Of a stretch of 64,000 nucleotides of DNA, positions 11,901-19,543 are shown one piece after another. Position 1 is the stretch's first letter; the number at the start of each line of letters is the position of its first letter. The notes below the pieces were generated by a model that made no database searches, was not told the origin of the DNA, and saw only the letters and a program-made list of their open reading frames with translations. The stretch comes from Lachnospiraceae bacterium (GTDB taxonomy: Bacteria; Bacillota; Clostridia; Lachnospirales; Lachnospiraceae), in contig JAAUZJ010000007.1 of the NCBI GenBank assembly GCA_014804695.1, positions 53,545 to 117,544 of the forward strand, read 5' to 3'. The position numbers and the translations under genes were made by a program.

Positions 11901-12290
11901 AAAACAGGAAGTACAACAACAACTAATCCTGTAAATGCGGGAGAGTATACATTGGCGGTTCGGGGTATAGGTAACTACACTGGCGAATACGCAGTGCCTG
12001 ATACTAAGTATACAATTAGTCAATGCGAGATTAACAAAGCAAAAGTTACGCTGGCACTAAGTAATAAGCCGCTGACACCTAAGGTTAAGGAAACAGTAAA
12101 GCTTGGTAAAAATGATTTGACTAAAGCCGAGTACACAATAACGTATTATTCTGATAAGGACTGCACAAAGGAAGTATCATTTTTGGCGTTAAAGGCAAAG
12201 ACAAAGTATTATGCATTAATTACGGCTAAAGGTAGTAATATGACGAATAATGCTTCCAAGAAATTTATCAAAGCTTTCACTGCAAAATAG
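8970..12290 (+). CDS. Secreted/surface protein with transglutaminase-like cysteine protease core and Ig-like repeats
   Basis: GTG start after GGAGGG. Signal peptide ...LPLTVANA, then an acidic D/E/T-rich segment of about 300 aa. Cys-His-Asp core: YAVCESYAKAM, GGHAWNYVQM, LLDSTWN. It has Big_2-like repeats (WTSSNTSVAKVDKKGNVTAVAPGTA) and C-terminal YTGKAV...NAGT repeats. I saw no LPXTG or SLH anchor. Confidence 0.75.
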   Translation: MKKKIVSMILSLSLVISGLPLTVANAAELGENELLQEEESNLDEADEAAETDEVAGTDEAAGTDNNTNDETETADVNQTVTFDEKVNAVALAADYSNFNVNSEGKVVGSDGVTYDDIAYLSANTVAAFDTEAQEEYIDFCDTAAEWLADGIENIVIAVDEDGLLNFSYQIPGIMLAEAQEELVEEALASETEESAEAEDTSEDSADVDSTEITNSENTDAEENETNESETIIDETTSDESSETESGTEEVTENESEEVTVDDSTEEIPNDDLENGDLVTDDQTGDDLTVEEAETDDSAAEEPSEDAPAELKAENMELIPVIENEQVELADELNLDVIDLGYGMNYTINATLPTESYFSKQLNANALKVYNAAKKSLTTGNTKFNLPSNVFNAKGSGKTAMNNAIMSAISAVELTYPEKVDWMATGGTTNVESKYDLLSGKVLSGTVTIEKSNYYSVALDEQANAKVNTLVAAAQKYAIDNYSTLPAYGVVEYFDKWICENNYYNTPGGVNNTQGVDVYYYCHSAYGALLKGYAVCESYAKAMSRLLDAVGIPNMYVTGVATDGATSGGHAWNYVQMPDLNWYLLDSTWNNPSESASDASKSSTKNYLLSAGDPYHLPDGKKYAGQANGFKFPDLSTTKYQAIKEAIKLNETNVDLAVKQKIKLSCDNKEINNTYSTWTSSNTSVAKVDKKGNVTAVAPGTAIIRLSTLATAGIELSAQCTVKVYQVKNILSARTGKATDNLSLALPTATDNNSKTLSFIVDVGTQSPYTAQQMVANALPISSAKKAAAFSNVKAKSSKEDIAGVTATLTGNTITAVITPKKAGSSVITLEFGGKKATVKVNVGDIITGDMFEVDWAKAGVDTTNYSIAYTGKAVAPKVTKKSTADKAVKFKTTYLNNKNAGTASVIISGTGKYGGEVQYDFTIKPLAIDSSHIEFKLNKASNVYSAVGNPAKTTVKYVNDTKKKTGLKVNTDYQIVYKTGSTTTTNPVNAGEYTLAVRGIGNYTGEYAVPDTKYTISQCEINKAKVTLALSNKPLTPKVKETVKLGKNDLTKAEYTITYYSDKDCTKEVSFLALKAKTKYYALITAKGSNMTNNASKKFIKAFTAK

Positions 12291-12328
12291 AAGTAAAATA
12301 AAAGCTAATTAATATTGAATTATAAAAT

Positions 12329-12369
12329 AGGCGATATATCCCTGGCAGGTGGATATATCGCCTGTTTTT
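12329..12369 (+). terminator. Rho-independent terminator
   Basis: AGGCGATATATCC-loop-GGATATATCGCCT followed by GTTTTT. Confidence 0.75.
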
Positions 12370-12496
12370 CTCATTACCAGCGTTTTTCCAATTTATGTTT
12401 TAAGTGCGAAATCTGTAGCGAAACAAATTTCTTTGTGTTATCATAAAATTATCTCTAACTCAAATTTTCGTTCGGAAAGGAGACATTTATATTAAA

Positions 12497-12820
12497 GTGA
12501 AAAAAAGTATAGTTTTGATCGGCATTCTTGCTGTTGTTGTAGTGGCAGGTCTTGGTGCGGCCTTTTGGATAAAACCTATAAGAAGAGATGCTCAACTTGA
12601 TTCCGTTCCTATACAGCAGGACAAACTGGAATTGATTGGTATGGCTGATTCAAAAGAAGAAGCTGAAAAACTGGCTGAGGATTATGAAATTGATTTAATA
12701 AGCTATAGTGAAAAAATTGCCGTTTTTCAAACTGACAAATCATATGATGAAATCCTTGAAATAGGAAAAAATAAAAAACTGACAGAGCTGTCAATTAATA
12801 ACACACTAAAAGCATTTTAG
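12497..12820 (+). CDS. Hypothetical membrane-anchored protein with similarity to the pro-region of the adjacent S8 peptidase
   Basis: GTG start and an N-terminal TM helix. The segment EEAEKLAEDYEIDLISYSEKIAVFQT resembles AEAEKIAAAYGAELKDFVEGIGVLILP in the N-terminal part of the downstream subtilase. Confidence 0.5.
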   Translation: MKKSIVLIGILAVVVVAGLGAAFWIKPIRRDAQLDSVPIQQDKLELIGMADSKEEAEKLAEDYEIDLISYSEKIAVFQTDKSYDEILEIGKNKKLTELSINNTLKAF

Positions 12821-12828
12821 ATTTATAA

Positions 12829-15800
12829 ATGAAAAGGAAAGATACGATGGGAAAATTAAGTAAAAGAGCGCTTGCCTTGCTTTTAGCAGGTGCAATGGCA
12901 TTTATGCCTACAGCAGACATACTTGCAGCGGATAACGCCGACAATATTGATCTCACTGTTATGGAAACAGAAGATATCACGCAGGAATCAGATGCCACAG
13001 AAACAGATGACAGCACTGTAGAAACCGAAAACAATACAGATTCTTCTTCGGTAGAAGGGGAGGAGAATACAGATTCTGAAACAGGAGATAAAAAAGATGA
13101 TAACAGCACCGGTTTAGAGTCAGGAAATATTGATAATTCAGACATAGAAAATGACAGTGGTTTGGCTTTCCAAGATAATGACAATTCAGATTCTGATACG
13201 GATACAGAAACTGATGATGGTATGGAAGATAATAATGCTGATATTCAGGATTCAGGTATTGAAAGCAATTCAGAAACTGACGACTTGGATTCAGAAGAAG
13301 TTGATTCGGAGCAGGCTTCAGATACCGAGTCCGAAGAAGAATTCCCCGGATTGGTTAACTCTGCTTTGAGCGCGAAACAGCTTGAGGACAGAAATGATCT
13401 GGCGGCTCATCTTGATGAAATTAACAGTGGAATTGAGGGAACAGACTATGTAAACAGAGAATTGTTATTTGCTGCAAATACATTGGCAGAAGCAGAGAAA
13501 ATTGCTGCCGCTTATGGCGCCGAACTCAAAGATTTTGTTGAAGGTATCGGTGTTTTGATACTTCCGGAAGACATAAGTGTATCCCATGCTTTAACTGTAG
13601 CAGCTAAGTCAACGGATGTTGTCCTTCCTCCGGCATGGCCCAATTATATATATAAGATATGCGGTGACATAGATGAAGATATAGATATTGATGATGCTGC
13701 TGATGTTGATGTACCCGATGAAGTTTATGCAAATGATGATGCTTATGAGGAAGCAGTTAAAGCTTACAGCGATCCATATCTCGATCCTACAAGCGCAAAT
13801 TATCAGTACCAGCATGCGATGGTAGGTTCCACTTATGCATGGAATGCCGGTTATAAAGGACAGGGAATCAAAATTGCTATTCTGGACACAGGTGTTAATT
13901 CTTCGCATTCGGATTTAAATGTTGTTTACAATTATAATTTCACATCATCTCAAACGACAGATGCAGGCGACGGTCATGGCCATGGTACGCATGTGGCAGG
14001 TTTGGCTGCTGCTAAAATCGACGGAAAGGGAGGCGCAGGTATTGCACCCGAAGCATCAATATATAATATCAGGGTTCTTGCCTCCAACGGCGCGGGCACG
14101 GCGGCTGCTATAATCAGAGGAATCAATCATGCTGTAGCACAACAAGTAGATATAATCAACATGAGTCTTGGCGGTCCCGGCTATTTAAAAGAATATGACG
14201 AGGCTATCAATAAAGCATACAATGCAGGTATTATCGTAATTTCTGCAGCCGGCAATGACGGAAGTAAAGTAAAATGTTATCCTGCATGTTACAAAAATTC
14301 GCTTTGCGTGGGCGCCGTAGATGAAAATAAGGGAAGAACCTATTTTTCAAATTATGGTTCATGGGTAAACCTAAGCGCGCCCGGTTTGTCTCTTTTTTCA
14401 ACATCTAAATCTGGTGGTTATGAAAAAATGAGCGGTACTTCGCAGGCAACTCCGGTTGTCAGCGGTACGGCAGCAGTAATTTTATCAGCTGATGAGAGTA
14501 TCCGCAACAAAACCGGTAAGGCAAGAGTCAATGCCCTTATTAGCAAAATGAACAAAGGTAAAATTTCAGGAAGCGGCGGAGCCGCAGGCATTGTATCGCT
14601 TGCAAAAGCCCTTAATATTCCTGTGTCCACAGCAGCGCCAAAAGCGCCTGCATTTGTGCAGACTGATAAAACTGTCAACGGCGCCAGCTTAAGTGTATCT
14701 ATTAAACCTGCATCAACGACAGATGTTATTTATTATAGTACTGACGGAAAAAATCCTACATATAAAAACGGCATCTTAAGCGATAACGCCCAAAAATATG
14801 AAAAAGCTTTCTCCATAAGCGGAAGCGCTAAAATAACTGTTAAAGCAATTGCAGTAAATGCATGCGGAATGGTAAGTAAGCCTGCGTCTATCACCTATAC
14901 CTTTAAACCGCATGCAACGGCAATCACTATTACGGGCCAGAATGTATTATTAAAGGGTAAAAGTATGACGCTTAAAGCGGAAGTAGAGCCGTCTTATGCC
15001 GTTAATAAGAAAGTCACATGGACATCTTCAGCGCCAAGTGAAGTTTCAGTAACCACAAGCGGAAAGGTAACCGCAACTAAATCTGCCGTAGTTGGCAGTA
15101 CTTATACTATAACCGCAAAGTCTGCAGATCAAGAAAGCAAAGCAACAGAAGTTGCTTTTAAAATTACAGTCAAAGATACTGCTACGATAAGCTCTGTTGC
15201 TTTTAAAAACGAAGCTGGCAAAGTACAGAAAAGCGCAGTAATAACTAATGCTGTAACAGATTACGATTTAGCTCCTTTGTTGAAAGTTACCGGCACAGAT
15301 AATAAGGAAAATCAAAGCCTTGTTAATGAAGTTGTTTTTTCCAGCAGCAATACGCAGGTAGCGAAAATTGATGGGACTAAGCATGGTAATATAAAAATAG
15401 TAGGAGTCGGTAAAGCCGTTATTACTGCAGCCGCCAACGACGGAAGCGGTAAAAAAGCTACTTTTACATTGACAGTAGGGAAAAAATTAACAAAGTTGAG
15501 CATAGATGGTTTGTCTCTTCTTGCTCAAGGAAAGTCTATCAAATTGACTGTATTAGTCAATAGAGATGCCGCTAATAAGAAGCTCGACTGGTCCGTATCA
15601 CCTGCAGATAAAGGGGTAACTGTAAGTAATGGAACAGTAAAAGCTGCAAAAAATGCGACCTCTGGCGCTTATACAATTACCGCCATGGCCAAAGATGGAA
15701 GCGGGCTTAAAGCAACGAAAAACATAAAGATTTCCGAAGTTAAAATTACCAAAATTCAGTTAGATAATAAATCAGGTACTATATTCAGAGTAGCCGGAAA

Positions 15801-16587
15801 TTATAGCTCCACGACATCAATTAATATTTCAGCAACTATTACAGGAGGGCAGGGCTCAGACGTTGAATTTATCAGCAGCAATACGAGTGTTGCAACCGTA
15901 ACACAAAACGGAGCTGCAGCTACAATTAAAGCGGGTAAGATTACGGGCACTGCTAAAATTACCTGTAAAGCCGCTAACGGAAAGAGCGCCTCATGTACAA
16001 TAAAGGTTGTTAATCCGCCTTCGCGTCTGGCAATAACTTCAAAGGCTGGTTTTAGTAATTCTGTTGCTATAGGTAAAAAAACAAAGTTATCGGCTGTATT
16101 TGAAGAAGGATTCGGTCCTGTATCATCTAAAAAAGTGGCATGGACGTCTTTGAATCCGACTGTTGCAACTGTTGATAAGAGCGGTAATGTAAAAGGAGTC
16201 AAAATCGGAAAAGCAACTATTAAAGCTGTAGCAAATGACGGCAGCGGATTAAGCGCACAATATGTCGTATATGTTTACAATCCGATTAAAACCTTAAAAC
16301 TTTATGGTTTTTGGGAGAGCAGTTTGATTAGTACTAGATTTTATGTAAATCGCAAATATGATGATGTTACTGTACTATACAATGAATCTCCGTATCCATA
16401 TGATAATGCTGAGTCGGTTTGTCCTGAAGTTGCTATTGAAGTTGGAAATCCGGACATTGTGTCTTTAGTATACGTGGCTCCCGGTTACTATGATTTATAC
16501 ACGTTAAAGAGAGGTCAAACTACAATTACCGTTAAAGCTTTAGACGGAAGCGGAGTGAAGAAAACTTATAAGATTATTGTGGTATAA
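12829..16587 (+). CDS. Secreted S8 family subtilisin-like serine peptidase with Ig-like (Big_2) repeats
   Basis: Signal peptide and an acidic low-complexity region. Catalytic triad motifs ILDTGV (Asp), HGHGTHVAG (His) and MSGTSQATPVVSG (Ser). Several Big_2-like repeats (VTWTSSAPSEVSV, FSSSNTQVAKID, FISSNTSVATV, WTSLNPTVATVDKSGNV). Confidence 0.9.
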   Translation: MKRKDTMGKLSKRALALLLAGAMAFMPTADILAADNADNIDLTVMETEDITQESDATETDDSTVETENNTDSSSVEGEENTDSETGDKKDDNSTGLESGNIDNSDIENDSGLAFQDNDNSDSDTDTETDDGMEDNNADIQDSGIESNSETDDLDSEEVDSEQASDTESEEEFPGLVNSALSAKQLEDRNDLAAHLDEINSGIEGTDYVNRELLFAANTLAEAEKIAAAYGAELKDFVEGIGVLILPEDISVSHALTVAAKSTDVVLPPAWPNYIYKICGDIDEDIDIDDAADVDVPDEVYANDDAYEEAVKAYSDPYLDPTSANYQYQHAMVGSTYAWNAGYKGQGIKIAILDTGVNSSHSDLNVVYNYNFTSSQTTDAGDGHGHGTHVAGLAAAKIDGKGGAGIAPEASIYNIRVLASNGAGTAAAIIRGINHAVAQQVDIINMSLGGPGYLKEYDEAINKAYNAGIIVISAAGNDGSKVKCYPACYKNSLCVGAVDENKGRTYFSNYGSWVNLSAPGLSLFSTSKSGGYEKMSGTSQATPVVSGTAAVILSADESIRNKTGKARVNALISKMNKGKISGSGGAAGIVSLAKALNIPVSTAAPKAPAFVQTDKTVNGASLSVSIKPASTTDVIYYSTDGKNPTYKNGILSDNAQKYEKAFSISGSAKITVKAIAVNACGMVSKPASITYTFKPHATAITITGQNVLLKGKSMTLKAEVEPSYAVNKKVTWTSSAPSEVSVTTSGKVTATKSAVVGSTYTITAKSADQESKATEVAFKITVKDTATISSVAFKNEAGKVQKSAVITNAVTDYDLAPLLKVTGTDNKENQSLVNEVVFSSSNTQVAKIDGTKHGNIKIVGVGKAVITAAANDGSGKKATFTLTVGKKLTKLSIDGLSLLAQGKSIKLTVLVNRDAANKKLDWSVSPADKGVTVSNGTVKAAKNATSGAYTITAMAKDGSGLKATKNIKISEVKITKIQLDNKSGTIFRVAGNYSSTTSINISATITGGQGSDVEFISSNTSVATVTQNGAAATIKAGKITGTAKITCKAANGKSASCTIKVVNPPSRLAITSKAGFSNSVAIGKKTKLSAVFEEGFGPVSSKKVAWTSLNPTVATVDKSGNVKGVKIGKATIKAVANDGSGLSAQYVVYVYNPIKTLKLYGFWESSLISTRFYVNRKYDDVTVLYNESPYPYDNAESVCPEVAIEVGNPDIVSLVYVAPGYYDLYTLKRGQTTITVKALDGSGVKKTYKIIVV

Positions 16588-16606
16588 GATAATATGGAGA
16601 TTTGAT

Positions 16607-17407
16607 ATGATGCTGCCGGAGTTTTCATCACAGAGAGAAAAAGCAAAATTTTTCCGTACGTTGAATGGCGAGCAGAAAATAGATGCGTTGAACGAGATTA
16701 TAGAAGAATCGAAACATATCGTTTTTCTTGGCGGAGCAGGTGTCTCTACAGAGAGCGGGATACCGGATTTCCGGAGCAAGAACGGGCTATATAATAAGAA
16801 GGGCGGCAAGTTTCGGAATTATAAACCTGAATATCTACTCAGCTATGATTGCCTTGATAAGAAGCCGGAGATATTTTTCGCCTATTTCCGAAGAAATCTG
16901 GATTGTCGGAATGTAGCGCCCAATGATGCCCATAAGAAATTGGCTGAAATGGAGCTAAAGGGAAAGCTGGATGGAATTATTACCCAGAATATTGATGGAT
17001 TACATCAGAAAGCAGGAAGTAATAAGGTATGGGAGATTCATGGAAGTGCGCTCCGCTGTTATTGTGTAAGCTGCCATGTAGAATATGGGATGGAGTTTAT
17101 TTTTGAGAATACAGAGGATATACCACACTGTCCAAAATGTGGCAGGATGATACGTCCTGATGTGACTTTGTACGGAGAGTTCCTGCCACAAAGAGCATAC
17201 GAAGAAGCTGTCGCACTCATAAGGTATGCGGATTGTCTGATAATTGGCGGCACATCACTGGAGGTAGGAAGCGCAGCGCAGCTTGCGCATATGTATCATG
17301 GGAAGTATCTTGTGATCATCAATAAAGGCAAAACAAAGATGGAAGGTAAGGCAGATCTTGTATTCCATGATGGCATTGGTAAAGTGATGAATCAGATAGA
17401 GGTTTGA
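16607..17407 (+). CDS. cobB: NAD-dependent protein deacylase, Sir2 family (paralog 1)
   Basis: GAGVSTESGIPDFRS, QNIDGLH, and a zinc ribbon CVSC...CPKCG. I prefer the ATG at 16607 (GGAG RBS) over the GTG at 16577 that overlaps the upstream gene. Confidence 0.9.
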   Translation: MMLPEFSSQREKAKFFRTLNGEQKIDALNEIIEESKHIVFLGGAGVSTESGIPDFRSKNGLYNKKGGKFRNYKPEYLLSYDCLDKKPEIFFAYFRRNLDCRNVAPNDAHKKLAEMELKGKLDGIITQNIDGLHQKAGSNKVWEIHGSALRCYCVSCHVEYGMEFIFENTEDIPHCPKCGRMIRPDVTLYGEFLPQRAYEEAVALIRYADCLIIGGTSLEVGSAAQLAHMYHGKYLVIINKGKTKMEGKADLVFHDGIGKVMNQIEV

Positions 17408-17421
17408 AAAGACAGGATATT

Positions 17422-17469
17422 GAAAAGAACAAAAGTTCGATTTTTGTATGTACTTTTGTTCTTTTCTTT
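17422..17469 (+). terminator. Rho-independent terminator after cobB
   Basis: 15-bp stem GAAAAGAACAAAAGT / ACTTTTGTTCTTTTC followed by TTTGG. Confidence 0.7.
17426..17439. promoter_or_regulatory. Candidate LexA (Cheo/SOS) box upstream of uvrBA
   Basis: AGAACAAAAGTTCG matches the Gram-positive core GAAC-N4-GTTC. It lies about 33 bp upstream of an extended -10 (TGGTATAAT, 17469-17477) preceding uvrB. Confidence 0.5.
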
Positions 17470-17506
17470 GGTATAATGGACGAAAACACAGTATGGGAAG
17501 ACTATT

Positions 17507-19498
17507 ATGGATCATTTTAAATTAGTTTCAGAATACGCCCCTACCGGCGACCAGCCGCAGGCAATTGAAGCTTTGGTGGAGGGTTTCAAAAAAGGTAACC
17601 AATTCCAGACTTTGCTGGGCGTCACCGGCTCCGGTAAGACCTTTACCATGGCGAACATCATACAGGCGCTCAACAAGCCTACTTTGGTCATTGCCCATAA
17701 TAAGACGCTGGCGGCACAGCTTTACGGTGAGTTCAAGGAATTTTTCCCTGAAAATGCGGTAGAATACTTCGTTTCCTACTATGATTATTACCAACCGGAA
17801 GCATATGTGCCTTCCACCGATACCTATATTGCCAAGGACTCCTCGGTTAATGACGAAATTGATAAATTGAGGCTTTCTGCTACGGCATCTCTTACAGAAC
17901 GTAAAGATGTAGTCGTAATTGCGAGCGTTTCCTGTATTTACGGACTTGGAAGTCCGGATGACTATGAGGAGATGATAGTGTCGCTGCGTCCGGGAATGAT
18001 TAAGGACAGGGATCAGGTAATCCGAGGGTTGATTGATATACAATATACAAGGAATGATATGGACTTGGATCGCGGATGTTTTCGCGTGAGAGGTGACGTG
18101 CTGGAAATATATCCGGCAGAGGGCGGCGACTATCTGATAAGAGTTGAATTTTTCGGAGATGAGATTGATCGCATTGCGCAGACCGATCCTTTAACCGGAC
18201 AAGTTCATGCTACACTGGAGCATATTGCGATTTTTCCTGCATCTCACTATGTTGTGCCACAGGAGAAGATTAATCTTGCTTGTAAAAATATTGAAAAAGA
18301 AATGGAAGAACGTGTAAAATATTTTAAGGGTGAGGATAAGCTGCTAGAGGCACAGAGGATAGCGGAGCGGACGAATTTTGATATTGAGATGCTGCGTGAA
18401 ACCGGTTTTTGTTCGGGAATTGAGAATTATTCAAGGCATCTTAACAATATGCCTCAGGGGGCAACGCCTTTTACCTTAATGGATTACTTTAAGGGTGAGT
18501 ATCTGATAATAATAGATGAATCTCATATGACGATTCCGCAGGTACGTGGTATGTATGCAGGAGATCGTTCAAGAAAGACAACGCTTGTAGATTATGGTTT
18601 CCGCCTGCCTTCGGCGTTGGATAACAGACCGCTTAATTTTGAAGAGTTTGAACAGCATATAGACCAGATGCTATTCGTATCGGCAACTCCCTCCGATTAT
18701 GAGGCTGAACATGAATTGTTCCGTACCGAGCAGATCATCCGTCCGACGGGACTGTTGGATCCGAAAGTGGATGTGCGTCCGGTAGAGGGGCAGATTGACG
18801 ATCTGATATCGGAAATTAATAAAGAAGTAGAGAATAAGAATAAAGTTCTGGTTACAACGCTTACAAAGCGTATGGCAGAGGATTTGACACAGTACATGAA
18901 TGATGTAGGAATTCGTGTGAAGTATCTCCATTCGGATATTGATACGTTGGAGCGTGCGGAAATCATCAGGGATATGCGTCTGGATGTTTTTGATGTGCTC
19001 GTGGGAATTAATCTTCTGAGAGAGGGTCTGGATATTCCGGAGATTTCACTGGTGGCTATTCTGGATGCTGATAAAGAGGGCTTCCTTCGTTCGGAAACGT
19101 CGCTTATACAGACAATAGGACGTGCCGCGAGAAATTCTGACGGTCATGTCATAATGTACGCAGACCAGATGACGGATTCGATGAAAAACGCTATATCCGA
19201 GACCAACAGACGACGTGAATTGCAACAGAAATATAATGAAGAACATGGAATAACGCCACAGACAATTAAGAAAGCTGTCAGGGATCTGATCAGTATTTCC
19301 AAGGTGATTGCCAAGGAAGAGCTGCGCTTTGAGAAAGATCCTGAATCTATGGACAGGAAAGAATTAGAGAAACTTATTAAGGATGTGGAAAAGAAGATGA
19401 AGAAAGCCGCCGCAGACTTAAACTTCGAAGCTGCTGCTGAACTTCGTGATAAGATGGTGGACTTGAAGAAACTGTTACGCGATATTGATGGTCAATGA
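17507..19498 (+). CDS. uvrB: Excinuclease ABC subunit B
   Basis: Full-length UvrB: [10 protein letters not shown] Walker A, helicase motifs, and a C-terminal UVR domain ([15 protein letters not shown]). Confidence 0.98.
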   Translation: MDHFKLVSEYAPTGDQPQAIEALVEGFKKGNQFQTLLGVTGSGKTFTMANIIQALNKPTLVIAHNKTLAAQLYGEFKEFFPENAVEYFVSYYDYYQPEAYVPSTDTYIAKDSSVNDEIDKLRLSATASLTERKDVVVIASVSCIYGLGSPDDYEEMIVSLRPGMIKDRDQVIRGLIDIQYTRNDMDLDRGCFRVRGDVLEIYPAEGGDYLIRVEFFGDEIDRIAQTDPLTGQVHATLEHIAIFPASHYVVPQEKINLACKNIEKEMEERVKYFKGEDKLLEAQRIAERTNFDIEMLRETGFCSGIENYSRHLNNMPQGATPFTLMDYFKGEYLIIIDESHMTIPQVRGMYAGDRSRKTTLVDYGFRLPSALDNRPLNFEEFEQHIDQMLFVSATPSDYEAEHELFRTEQIIRPTGLLDPKVDVRPVEGQIDDLISEINKEVENKNKVLVTTLTKRMAEDLTQYMNDVGIRVKYLHSDIDTLERAEIIRDMRLDVFDVLVGINLLREGLDIPEISLVAILDADKEGFLRSETSLIQTIGRAARNSDGHVIMYADQMTDSMKNAISETNRRRELQQKYNEEHGITPQTIKKAVRDLISISKVIAKEELRFEKDPESMDRKELEKLIKDVEKKMKKAAADLNFEAAAELRDKMVDLKKLLRDIDGQ

Positions 19499-19543
19499 TC
19501 AGCGTGGGTTTGTGAATTTTGACAATAATTTAACAAACATATA

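Noticed and set aside
16607-17407. The two Sir2-family genes (16607-17407 and 36365-37084) as anti-phage defence Sir2 effectors (Thoeris/DSR-like).
   Set aside because: Both are short canonical sirtuins with GAGVSTESGIPDFRS, QNIDGLH and a four-Cys zinc ribbon. Both sit among housekeeping genes, and neither has partner defence domains (TIR, SLOG, helicase, pAgo). The 23-nt identical stretch (GAGAGCGGGATACCGGATTTCCG) reflects paralogy in the most conserved motif.
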